Source of the DNA: Candidatus Heimdallarchaeota archaeon
Lineage (GTDB): Archaea > Asgardarchaeota > Heimdallarchaeia > Hodarchaeales > Hodarchaeaceae
Length of the DNA: 64,000 nucleotides
NCBI GenBank assembly: GCA_011364965.1
Contig: RDOB01000006.1
Coordinates: 64,001-128,000 of the forward strand
Direction: 5' to 3'
The position numbers and the translations under genes were made by a program. Positions within the stretch are counted from its first letter, which is position 1; every line of letters begins with the position of its first letter. Positions 18,939 to 28,607 of the stretch are shown piece by piece. The notes beneath the pieces were generated by a model that did not search any database, was not told where the DNA came from, and saw only the letters and a list, made by a program, of their open reading frames with translations.

Positions 18939-20532
18939 TATGAGAACCTCCAGTTATAGTTTTACCGTTCTCTGTATGACCTGCCATTAATAATCCAAGT
19001 CGACGTTCGTTTGTTTGTGTAGGATCTTCAAATGCTACAAATTCTCCCTCAAAAATTACTGCAATTCTATCAGAAAGTGACAGAATTTCATCTAAGTCGC
19101 TAGATATTAATAAAATTGCTTTTCCACTTTCTCGTAACTCTACAAGACGACGATGGACGTATTGAATTACACCGACATCCAATCCTCGGGTTACTTGCGC
19201 AGCTAGAACTACAAAAGGTTCCTTTGAAAGTTCTCTAGCTACTACTACTTTTTGTTGATTTCCCCCCGAAAGGGATTGCATTGTTGTCATAACTGAGGGG
19301 GTTCTAATATCATAATTCACAATGTTATTTTTCGCATTTGAATTAATTGATGATCTATCATAAAATTTTGATAATATTCCTTTTAAAAACCAGCGTTTAT
19401 GGTGATGTAAGCCAAGAATCAAATTTTCTGCTACTGTGAACTTTCCTATTGTACCAGTTTTTTGTCTATCCTCAGGAATATATGCTAATCCTGCGTCATA
19501 AATCTCCCTTGTTGAAAAACCGCTAACATTTTTCCCATTAAGTATTATTTCACCTGATTTAACATCTCTTAATCCTGTTATCGCTTGTGCAAGTTCACTC
19601 TGGCCATTTCCTACAACTCCGGCTACTCCTAAAATTTCTCCTCCGCTCACACTCAAATTCACCCCTTTTACTGCTAGCTGCCCCCTATCATTTTCAACGA
19701 CTAAGTTTCGTATTTCCAATAACGGTTCAGATTTTGAAATGGGCTTTTTTTGGATTTTTATCAGCTTTCTTCCAATCATCATTTCCGCTAATTCTTCTGG
19801 TGATGTATCGACACGGTTTACTGTACCAACTACCCTACCTTTTCTTAAAACAGTAATTCGGTCTGCTAATGCCATGGGTTCCTTTAATTTATGAGTAATA
19901 ATAATAATTGTTTTCCCTTGTTCTTCTTTCAACGCTCTTAAAGATTTGAATAAAGCAGTAACCTCTTGGGGAGTAAGTACGGCAGTTGGTTCGTCTAAAA
20001 TAAGAATATCTGCTTTTCTGTAAAGAATCTTTAATATTTCTACACGTTGTTGAATACCTACTGGAAGATTTTCTATAATTGCATCAGGATCAATGTCTAA
20101 ACCATTTTCTTTGGAGATTTTTCGAATTTGCTTTCGTGCGAGTGGAAGATTTAGCTTCATTCCTTGAAAAGTAGGTTCAGCTCCAAGAATGATATTCTCA
20201 GTTACGGACATAATAGGTACAAGCATAAAATGTTGATGAACCATACCAATGCCATTATTCATGGCATCAATGGGTTCTTTTATTGCTACTTCTTTGCCAT
20301 GGATGAAAATTTTGCTTTCCTCGCTATCTGGACCATAAAGGCCATATAGAACATTCATCAATGTCGTCTTTCCAGCACCATTTTCTCCTAATAGGGCATG
20401 AATCTCCCCTTCTCGAATATTCAAGTTGATATTGTCATTAGCTAAAACCCCCGGAAATTTCTTTACGATATTATGCATACTGACCGCAAAGTCTTCCGAA
20501 TGTTTAGGGATAGCACTTTCACTCGCAATCAT
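18928..20532 (-). CDS. Nucleoside/sugar ABC transporter ATP-binding protein (NupA/CUT2 type)
   Basis: GENGAGKTT, ILDEPT, LSGGNQQK; two NBD halves. Confidence 0.93.
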   Translation of the reverse strand: MIASESAIPKHSEDFAVSMHNIVKKFPGVLANDNINLNIREGEIHALLGENGAGKTTLMNVLYGLYGPDSEESKIFIHGKEVAIKEPIDAMNNGIGMVHQHFMLVPIMSVTENIILGAEPTFQGMKLNLPLARKQIRKISKENGLDIDPDAIIENLPVGIQQRVEILKILYRKADILILDEPTAVLTPQEVTALFKSLRALKEEQGKTIIIITHKLKEPMALADRITVLRKGRVVGTVNRVDTSPEELAEMMIGRKLIKIQKKPISKSEPLLEIRNLVVENDRGQLAVKGVNLSVSGGEILGVAGVVGNGQSELAQAITGLRDVKSGEIILNGKNVSGFSTREIYDAGLAYIPEDRQKTGTIGKFTVAENLILGLHHHKRWFLKGILSKFYDRSSINSNAKNNIVNYDIRTPSVMTTMQSLSGGNQQKVVVARELSKEPFVVLAAQVTRGLDVGVIQYVHRRLVELRESGKAILLISSDLDEILSLSDRIAVIFEGEFVAFEDPTQTNERRLGLLMAGHTENGKTITGGSHNGN

Positions 20533-20610
20533 CTAAAAATCTCCAAAAATGAGCATAAAATAACTAATATTTAAATAAATTGAATAGAAAAAAAAAGAGG
20601 GAGGGGAAGA

Positions 20611-21744
20611 TTATCTCCGCCTTCGGATTTGGATTGTTGCAAGACCCAAGAGGATCAAAATAGAGAGCCATTCAAAACCTGGGACTGGGATACTCTCTTC
20701 AAATTCACTAGAATCATCATCGATAATGAGATGACCAGCTTCTATCTTGTCAATAATATCTTGAATATGCTCCCAGCGAGTTTTGTTTTCTCCATTGAAA
20801 TCATAGTATCCATTCTTGATTGCAGTTGTATAAGTCATAGGACTGATTCCTACACCACCTTCAGCAATACCTAACTCACTGTGACCAGATGTCCATGTAC
20901 CTTCCATTTTTGTTTGAATTGAAGTAAAAACAGCTGTTTCTACTAATTTTAACATTGAGCAGAGAACCTTTCCTGGGTATAGGTAATCTTGGTCAGAGTC
21001 AACACCAATTGCATAGGCTCCTTCTGTTTCATTTGCTGCTTGCATTACACCTATACCAGTACCACCAGCAGCTGCGAAAACAATATCGTTACCTGCACTG
21101 TAGAGTGTTTGGGCCGTGGATTTTCCTCCTGCGATATCGCCCCAAGGATTGGTTGGATCTGGGGAATATACAGAAGTGACAGTAATTTCTTCGTTTATAT
21201 ATTTAACGCCTTGTTCATAGCCATATTTAAATTTGTTAATCAAATAGATATCTAAACCACCGAGAAATCCGACTTTGTCGGTTTCCGTTACCATAGCGGC
21301 CATAGCTCCGACTAAAAAGCTCCCTTCATGTTCCTTGAAGGTTATAGAATTGATATTTGTTTTATTTATTACATCGTCAATCAGAACCCAATCTTGATTG
21401 GGGTAGGTGTTAGCGGATACATTTAATGCACTCGTTTGCAAGAATCCAACGCATATTATCAATTCATATTTGTCTTGTGAACCAAGATCATCCTGATAAG
21501 TAGCAAATTCAGGAATTGTCGCTGGTTCTACATAATCGACATTGATTGATTCACCATACTCGTCAATAGCCTGTTCCATACCTCTATAGGCAGCATCGTT
21601 GAAAGATTTGTCACCAAGACCTCCAGTTGCAAAAATGATTGCAAACTCCATAGGGTCTACGTTTACATTTGCTTGCGCTAGTTGAGATATTGGAAGAGCA
21701 CTAGTGATGAAAATGATGGTAATTAAAAATCTAATTTTCTTCAA
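20611..21744 (-). CDS. BMP/PnrA family nucleoside-binding protein with PGF-like C-terminal anchor
   Basis: GGLGDKSFND, FKEHEGSFLVG, AAGGTGIG, IGVDSDQ; signal peptide; VPGF-TM-RRRR tail. Confidence 0.92.
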   Translation of the reverse strand: MKKIRFLITIIFITSALPISQLAQANVNVDPMEFAIIFATGGLGDKSFNDAAYRGMEQAIDEYGESINVDYVEPATIPEFATYQDDLGSQDKYELIICVGFLQTSALNVSANTYPNQDWVLIDDVINKTNINSITFKEHEGSFLVGAMAAMVTETDKVGFLGGLDIYLINKFKYGYEQGVKYINEEITVTSVYSPDPTNPWGDIAGGKSTAQTLYSAGNDIVFAAAGGTGIGVMQAANETEGAYAIGVDSDQDYLYPGKVLCSMLKLVETAVFTSIQTKMEGTWTSGHSELGIAEGGVGISPMTYTTAIKNGYYDFNGENKTRWEHIQDIIDKIEAGHLIIDDDSSEFEESIPVPGFEWLSILILLGLATIQIRRRR

Positions 21745-21777
21745 TATTCTATCTCCAATAATGAATAGTGTTTGTAC

Positions 21778-21849
21778 TTTTTGTCAAAATCCTTATCAAG
21801 AATTATGACAAAAAATAATGATTTTTTTCGCTTCATCTGACGAAAAAAA
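21778..21849. promoter_or_regulatory. Two inverted repeats in the divergent promoter between the nucleoside ABC operon and the phosphorylase
   Basis: TTTTTGTCA...TGACAAAAA (21778-21814) and TTTTTTTCG...CGAAAAAAA (21822-21849). Confidence 0.45.
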
Positions 21850-22046
21850 ACATGGGTCAATTCACAAACACCTAGGTTTTATTACTTTTCATTGAGTTTT
21901 AAATTTTATCAGTAATGTCTAAGAATTCACTTTTGGTGGGAAGGTCTTTTACTAACATTAATAACACGTTACTTTTTTGTAATCCCAAAGGATTTGTAGC
22001 TAAAACCAAAAATTCTATTTCAATTATTAATTCTGAAGTGAGAGTA

Positions 22047-22916
22047 ATGACTAAAAAGTTAATTGGAGACATCGAAGGAGCAGAGATAGTTTCAGATAAG
22101 GAAGGAAGGCAATATCATATCGGATTAGCCAAAGGAGAGCTTGCTGAAAATATAGTTTTAGTGGGGGATCCTGAGAGACCAAATTTGGTAAAAAAAGTAT
22201 TTTCAGAGATATATATTGAAACACAAGTACGAGAATTCCACACAATAACTGGACAGATAGGAAAGACCGATGTTTCAATTATGAGTACTGGGATTGGACC
22301 CAGTAACATTGAAATTTGTATGGTCGAAATAATACAGGTCTGTGAATCACCTACGGTAATTAGGGCTGGGAGCTGTGGTGCTTTACATCACAAAGTAAAT
22401 GTGGGTGACCTAGTCATTTCTACTGGATCAGTTCGATTCGAAGATACCAGTACGTATTTTATTCCAGAAGGTTATCCTGCAGTTGCCGATTGGGAGGTAA
22501 TACTGGCTTTAAATGAGGCCGCGATGAGAAATAATCATAAATATCATATTGGTCTCTCTGCATCAGGATCAGGTTTTTATGGAGCTCAGGGAAGAGTCAT
22601 TCCCGGTTTACCTATAAGAAATCCCAATACCATCGATTATTTAACGCAGTTAAATGTATTAAACTTCGAAATGGAAGCCTCTACTCTATTTAACTTAGCT
22701 CAAATCTTTGGACTCAGAGCAGGTATGGTTTGTGCTGTTTTTACAAATCGATTAAGAGATGAATTTATTTCAAATGAGCTTAAAGCCAATGCTGAAATAA
22801 ATTGTGTGACAACTGCTCTCGATGCATTAAGAATTCTTGAACAAATGGATTCAATTAAAGCAAGACAAAAATCAAAATTTTGGTCACCTAGTTTTAAGTT
22901 ATCAAATCAAGTTTGA
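22047..22916 (+). CDS. udp: Uridine/nucleoside phosphorylase (NP-I family)
   Basis: QYHIGL, VGDPER, REF, STGIGPS, IRAGSCG, FYGAQGR, NFEME; start moved to ATG 22047. Confidence 0.88.
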   Translation: MTKKLIGDIEGAEIVSDKEGRQYHIGLAKGELAENIVLVGDPERPNLVKKVFSEIYIETQVREFHTITGQIGKTDVSIMSTGIGPSNIEICMVEIIQVCESPTVIRAGSCGALHHKVNVGDLVISTGSVRFEDTSTYFIPEGYPAVADWEVILALNEAAMRNNHKYHIGLSASGSGFYGAQGRVIPGLPIRNPNTIDYLTQLNVLNFEMEASTLFNLAQIFGLRAGMVCAVFTNRLRDEFISNELKANAEINCVTTALDALRILEQMDSIKARQKSKFWSPSFKLSNQV

Positions 22917-22933
22917 TCTTGAAGGTATAGAAG

Positions 22934-23902
22934 ATGACGAATCGTCGTATTTTTTGTTTAGGACATATTTCGATTGATGTTTTTATCCATAGAAAGGATT
23001 TAAACGATCTTAAAATCGGAGGATGTATATCATCACCAAATTTATCGATACAGAGCGGAGGAACGGAAGCTAATGTCTCCTTTTGGTTAGGTAAACTTGG
23101 TGTTAACGTTTCAATGATCGGAGTGATAGCAGATGACCCTCTAGGGCACTTTTTACAAAAAGATCTTGAACGTGCAAATGTAAAATGTTATTTAAAGAAG
23201 TCAATCGTCAATCCTTCATCTAGTATATTAATTGTTGTTGAAGAGACCGGGGAAAGATCTTTTATAATTAATGGTAAATGTTTAAATGAATTAGAGTTAG
23301 TTGATGTACCAATCAAAGAAATACAAGGAGGCAACTTATTTTACACATCTGCTTATAACATAGAGAATCTACCAATAAGAAACACAGTGAAAGAAATTAT
23401 TAAGATTTCCAAGGAAAATGAAGAACAGGCTTTTGAAGTAGCATTTAATTTGGCAGCATATACCACTGTTGAAAGAAATAACAATTTGCTTAAACAAGAT
23501 GTTCTTCCATATGTGGACATTCTTATAGGAAATTATAAAGAATATAAATCCTTATTAAATACCTATAAGAGTCAACCTCTTCCTCAAGATCTCCTAGAAA
23601 AAGCTTTAAATAAATTTCCAAACATCAAAATATTACTTCTCACTGATAGCGAGGATGGATGTTATTTTCGTACTCTTGAGGATCGGGGACACATTCCTGC
23701 TAATCAGGTGACCGTTATTGATACTACAGGAGCTGGTGATGGATTTTGTGCAGGATTTATATCAAAATATGTCATGAATTCATCTATAAAACAAGCAGTG
23801 AATGAGGGTAATAAATTGGGTACATATATTTGCCAAGGTTTTGGAGCTCATTACAACTCTGAGGATTATATACGGAAAAAAGCAAAATCAGGACTTGAAT
23901 AA
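22934..23902 (+). CDS. PfkB/ribokinase family kinase (probable nucleoside or pentose kinase)
   Basis: GGTEANVS and DTTGAGDGF signatures. Confidence 0.88.
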   Translation: MTNRRIFCLGHISIDVFIHRKDLNDLKIGGCISSPNLSIQSGGTEANVSFWLGKLGVNVSMIGVIADDPLGHFLQKDLERANVKCYLKKSIVNPSSSILIVVEETGERSFIINGKCLNELELVDVPIKEIQGGNLFYTSAYNIENLPIRNTVKEIIKISKENEEQAFEVAFNLAAYTTVERNNNLLKQDVLPYVDILIGNYKEYKSLLNTYKSQPLPQDLLEKALNKFPNIKILLLTDSEDGCYFRTLEDRGHIPANQVTVIDTTGAGDGFCAGFISKYVMNSSIKQAVNEGNKLGTYICQGFGAHYNSEDYIRKKAKSGLE

Positions 23903-24356
23903 TGATAAATTTCGTATGTTAATAGGTTTTTATCCCTTTAAAATAATCGTTCAAGTCTTGTTCTGAATCAGTAAGAAAAAAAGTCAAGATACAAATTGCA
24001 GTTTTAGCAATTGCGCTTTGAAGAGGGATGTGCAATCGGGGGAAATTTAAATTGTGAAATGGCATCCCAAAAGCGTATTACCGAAATTTTTTCTTTTTCT
24101 ATTTTTGTTGGATTTATTGTTTTCCCCTGTCAATGCAATTAGCATTAGTTCTAGCGATAAATAGTAAGAATTTGAATGGTGTTGAATCTGTCACCTATGA
24201 AGGCATTCCAGTATTAGTGGAAGCCACAATATCTATTGGAATTCATGTGATCAAAGTTATTGTCTGAAACTTTGATTTGGATACACCTGATGATCAAGAG
24301 GTAAGTGAATACACATCTGGTATTAATATTGTATCTCCCCCAAGCTAAAAAACATT

Positions 24357-24698
24357 CTACACTTTAGGAGAATATCGATTACTGTCCTCAAAAAAATCTA
24401 GTGCTTTGAATTGAGTATGAAATTCCGCTTTATGTTCAACTCCTCGTGGGATATGATAAGTATCACCTTTTACGTATTTATTCGTCTTTTCTCCAATAGT
24501 AAGGGACATTTCACCTTCTAGGACAACTCCGAATTGTTCTCCATGTGTATGAGGAGGAATGGATGTAATTGGATTGATATCAAGAAATACTATTTGAAAG
24601 TTCGATCCTTGGGCAATCCATGCGTTAATTCCTTTAAAAGGAATATCAGCTTCAGGTAGAAGTTTTTTTATAAATTCTGGGAGTAATTCTTTACTCAT
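24357..24698 (-). CDS. Cupin domain protein
   Basis: PPHTH..EQ...GE...GD.YHIPRGVEH. Confidence 0.88.
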   Translation of the reverse strand: MSKELLPEFIKKLLPEADIPFKGINAWIAQGSNFQIVFLDINPITSIPPHTHGEQFGVVLEGEMSLTIGEKTNKYVKGDTYHIPRGVEHKAEFHTQFKALDFFEDSNRYSPKV

Positions 24699-24736
24699 AC
24701 TTAAAACATCCTAAAAAAAAAGAAGAGTGAGGATTA

Positions 24737-25405
24737 CTACCTAAGAGTAGCAACCCATTTATATACTGGATCACAGAGCTCTTTGATTCTTTCCTTCTCT
24801 GAAGTCATAGGTCCTGGTTTCCAGGAAGGATCAGGTTCGAACCAGAAATCGATTAGATTTCCCACACGATCCTCGACAGGAACTATTTTGACGACAACTG
24901 GCATGTTTGTTTCAGTATGCCAAGGTTCAGAGATGTGTAGAATATTTGCAATAGCTGTCTTACTTTCTCCAATTAATACATAAGCCAAAACAAATGGTAA
25001 TTTTTTCAAAGCACTCTTCGCTGAGAATCCACATATAGTCCAAGCATGAAGAATGCCTTTTTTAGGCATTTCTACCCAATTAGTGATTTCTAAATCACAA
25101 TCTAAGTTCCAACAATTAACTCTAGGAGGGAAAGTGATATCTCCACATTTTGGACATTTAGTACCTAGTAATTTTCCATCTAATAATCCTTTGGAGTAAG
25201 GAGAAAGCGCTCCTAATCGAAAAGTGTATAGCATATCATAGTAGATCTGTTGTTCTACCCAAATTTTTCCTCCAGCTTCTCCACTACGAACATTTTGCCA
25301 TACCCATCCCTGTTCTGGAACCAAGGGTTGAATCTCTTTCCATGCGTTCCATCGGAACTCTTTATTGAATGGGGTTGGATGTAAGTCCTTTTTCATATTA
25401 TTCAC
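24737..25405 (-). CDS. DUF35 (Zn-ribbon + OB-fold) thiolase-associated protein
   Basis: GTKCPKCG..FPPR..C, PFVLAYV; 1 nt downstream of the thiolase-like gene. Confidence 0.85.
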   Translation of the reverse strand: MNNMKKDLHPTPFNKEFRWNAWKEIQPLVPEQGWVWQNVRSGEAGGKIWVEQQIYYDMLYTFRLGALSPYSKGLLDGKLLGTKCPKCGDITFPPRVNCWNLDCDLEITNWVEMPKKGILHAWTICGFSAKSALKKLPFVLAYVLIGESKTAIANILHISEPWHTETNMPVVVKIVPVEDRVGNLIDFWFEPDPSWKPGPMTSEKERIKELCDPVYKWVATLR

Positions 25406-25406
25406 C

Positions 25407-26675
25407 TTAAATCCTCCTCAGAACGAAATTGGATATACTAGTTCCAGTACCTGCATGGCTGTTTATCAAACCAACTTCTGCATCTTTCACCTCGTTTTCT
25501 GTTGACCGATGTTCGCGTGGGATTAAGCCTGTTAGTTGATAATAGCACTCAATAGTTGACATTAGTCCTGTAGCTCCAACTGGATGACCATAACCAATTA
25601 ATCCTCCACCAGGATTAGTTGGAATTTCTCCTTCCATCATTGGTAGTTTATCATTGATGAAATCCTTGACAGGGATAGATTCACACCACCCTAACGCGTT
25701 ATAAATCTGAGCTTCTGAAGATGAAAAAGCGTCATGTACCTCAGCTACATCGAGATGTTTGTAGGAATCTTTCCATGGGATATCAGCCATTTTGTACGCA
25801 ATTTCTGCCGCGTGACGACATGCTCCGAATTCTCCTAGGCCTGGATAGCCTTTTCCATAACGCTGAGTCCATCCTGGGAAATTATATCTATCACCTGCCC
25901 TGATGGTACATGAAGATAGACCTGCTCCTGCAATTTCAACACTATGATCAGGAGAATATTGTTTTGCAAACTTCTCATTAGTAACTAAGACTACTGCAGC
26001 ACCTTCAGACATAAAACAACAATCAAATTTCTTTAGTGGATAAGCTATCAACCTTGAATTCATTATGTCATCAACGGTAAGTTTTTTGCCAACTTTTCGA
26101 AAATGTTGGGTTTTTTCACCTGTGGCCATCGCATTATTCTTATTTTTCACAGCAATCTCTGCAAATTCTTCTTCTGTGACATTATGCTTTTCCATGAAAA
26201 CTCTAGCTAATCCTGCATAATAATTTGTGTAATTGGCTCCGAGCATTGCTTCATACCTTGTATCGGAAGCAATTGCAATAAATTCGGATCCCTTGGATTG
26301 GGATACACTTCCCATCAATTCATAACCAATAACAGGTACTACATCCGCTAAACCTGCACGAACGAGGGCGTAGGCCGCATATAGCGCACTGCCCCCTGTA
26401 TTACCTCCGTTGTCGATTCTAAAATGTGGAACGCCCACTAATCCAAGATGATCATGAAGAATCCAATAAGCTGTTAATTGGTGGCTAAAATGAACCGAGA
26501 AATGTGAGTAAACGACCATACCATGGTCTCGAACATCTCTAAGGTGAAATTCAGGCACATCATGATAGAGTTGTTTTATACAGTTTGCGGTCATTTCTTC
26601 AATTTGAAGATTTAGGGGGTAATCAAACGGTGTTGTGGTTCCACCCGCGATAAACACTCTTTGTTGTTCTGGCAT
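25407..26675 (-). CDS. SCP2/archaeal-type thiolase-fold protein lacking the canonical nucleophile Cys
   Basis: IAVKNK, SEGAA, EVHDAF, NPGGGLIGYGHPVGATG; nucleophile loop reads DNGGNTGG. Confidence 0.85.
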   Translation of the reverse strand: MPEQQRVFIAGGTTTPFDYPLNLQIEEMTANCIKQLYHDVPEFHLRDVRDHGMVVYSHFSVHFSHQLTAYWILHDHLGLVGVPHFRIDNGGNTGGSALYAAYALVRAGLADVVPVIGYELMGSVSQSKGSEFIAIASDTRYEAMLGANYTNYYAGLARVFMEKHNVTEEEFAEIAVKNKNNAMATGEKTQHFRKVGKKLTVDDIMNSRLIAYPLKKFDCCFMSEGAAVVLVTNEKFAKQYSPDHSVEIAGAGLSSCTIRAGDRYNFPGWTQRYGKGYPGLGEFGACRHAAEIAYKMADIPWKDSYKHLDVAEVHDAFSSSEAQIYNALGWCESIPVKDFINDKLPMMEGEIPTNPGGGLIGYGHPVGATGLMSTIECYYQLTGLIPREHRSTENEVKDAEVGLINSHAGTGTSISNFVLRRI

Positions 26676-26961
26676 GAAATTTATCCTCTTCTGTGCTTTT
26701 ACTACCCTTTTATTTTAATTAAAACTTAAAAAGCAAGTAAATAATATAAGATTAAGCTGAATATCCCAAAGCTTAACAAGTGTATTTTGAGTATAAACTA
26801 CTTTAAAATGCATTGAAACTACTAATTGTTCCAAGAAAAACCACGAAATTTCGTTATATGATGAAATGCTTTTTTCTTGTTATATTCATTTAATATTCTA
26901 ATATCAGAAAAAATTCATATAAAAGGATATTAGCTCCTTCATTACTCTCTTTCTTCCATCT

Positions 26962-28521
26962 ATGATACTATTTGGTGGTTTAATGAAATATATTCTCTCT
27001 ATCGACGCAGGTTCAACTGGAATAAGAGCGATGCTTTTCAATATGAAGGGAGAAATTGTTGTACGACAATATGAACTTACTTCTCCTTTATTACCGAACC
27101 CTGGTTGGATTGAGCATGATCCTGAAGCATTATGGGTAACTTTAAAGAAAGTAGTTTTTAAAATTCTAGGGAACCCAGAATATTCTATTTCCCAAATAGC
27201 TGCGATCGGTATAGCGAATCAAAGGGGCAGTTTTACAATATGGGAGAAACAAACAGGGAAACCTCTCTTGAATTTACTGAATTGGGCTGATATTAGAGCC
27301 AGTAAAACATGTGAGAAGATGAATAAGACAATAAGGTGGAGAATACTAAAAAAATTCGCTTTAATTGGCAGTAAAATAACCAAAAATCCAATGCTAATTG
27401 CAGCAGCCATACTAGAATTCACAACGGATCATACAACTGTTCGATTAAAATGGGCTCTCGAAAATATTCCATATCTGCAGGAACGATGTGAAAAAGGAGA
27501 AGTATTATTCGGTACTATTGATACTTGGCTTATTCACAAGTTAACTAGTGGAAGAGTGCATGCTACAGATTATACCAATGCAGCAACTGGAATGTTGGAT
27601 CCATTCAAATTAAAATGGAACAACATATTGTTAAAAATATTCAATATTCCCAAAAATATTTTACCTGAACTAAAGGACACGAATGGTGATTTTGGGGAAG
27701 TAGATCCTACCATTTTTGGAGGATCAATCCCAATTCGTGCTGTTATAGGAGATCAACAGGCTGCTCTCTTTGGACAAACCTGTTTTAAACCCGGGGAAGT
27801 AAAAATTTCTATGGGTTCAGGCGCTTTTGTGGATATGAATGTGGGTGAGAAAGGAAAAGTATCCAAAAGAGGATTATTTCCTCTCGTTGCTTGGGTGATT
27901 GATGGAAAGCCTACTTATATGCTGGAGGGATATGTAGCTACAGCTGGTACCCTCATTGATTGGTTAGGAAGTGGGATAGGATTAAGCGACAGTTCAATTG
28001 CGTTAAATGAATATGCAGCTCAATGTGAGGATACAGAGGGCGTGATTTTTATTCCTACTCCTTCGGGAATACGTTTTCCATATTTTTCTGCCTCTATTCG
28101 TGCAACAATACTTGGATTATCGCTCAATACTCATAAAGCTCATGTTGCGAGGGCTGTATTCGAAGGGATAGCCTCTAGGATTGTGGATATAATAGAAGGA
28201 TTGGAGAAAGATACAAAGATCAGAATTTATTCGATTAAAACTGATGGAGGGGTTTCTCAGTCAAATATCCTCCTACAAATTCTGGCGGATCTATCTGGAA
28301 AGAAAATTCAACGCGCTAAGGAGCTCGATATGACAGCTGCTGGAGCTGCTTACATTGCTGGTTTGAGTATCAAATTTTGGAAGGATCAGTCGGAATTATA
28401 CTCAATTTACACTCAGTCGAATCCTGAGGAATTTACTCCAAAATTTTTTGAGAATGAGCGACTTAAAAAAAGAAAAAATTGGAAGAAGGCATTAAAGGCT
28501 ATTTTATCAGTTAACAGCTAA
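26962..28521 (+). CDS. FGGY carbohydrate kinase, glycerol kinase (GK5-like)
   Basis: IDAGSTG, NQR, GTIDTWL, TDYTNA, GDQQAALFGQ, DGG. Confidence 0.88.
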   Translation: MILFGGLMKYILSIDAGSTGIRAMLFNMKGEIVVRQYELTSPLLPNPGWIEHDPEALWVTLKKVVFKILGNPEYSISQIAAIGIANQRGSFTIWEKQTGKPLLNLLNWADIRASKTCEKMNKTIRWRILKKFALIGSKITKNPMLIAAAILEFTTDHTTVRLKWALENIPYLQERCEKGEVLFGTIDTWLIHKLTSGRVHATDYTNAATGMLDPFKLKWNNILLKIFNIPKNILPELKDTNGDFGEVDPTIFGGSIPIRAVIGDQQAALFGQTCFKPGEVKISMGSGAFVDMNVGEKGKVSKRGLFPLVAWVIDGKPTYMLEGYVATAGTLIDWLGSGIGLSDSSIALNEYAAQCEDTEGVIFIPTPSGIRFPYFSASIRATILGLSLNTHKAHVARAVFEGIASRIVDIIEGLEKDTKIRIYSIKTDGGVSQSNILLQILADLSGKKIQRAKELDMTAAGAAYIAGLSIKFWKDQSELYSIYTQSNPEEFTPKFFENERLKKRKNWKKALKAILSVNS

Positions 28522-28607
28522 TCAATTTATCAAATCAACTTAGCAGCTTAATCAGCTATTTAACAAACACAATGGCAAAACGAACACCTGTAGATATTTA
28601 GGTTGAA

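Noticed and set aside
21915-22046. N-terminal extension of the nucleoside phosphorylase
   Set aside because: Family similarity starts near ATG 22047; the upstream part looks like promoter sequence.
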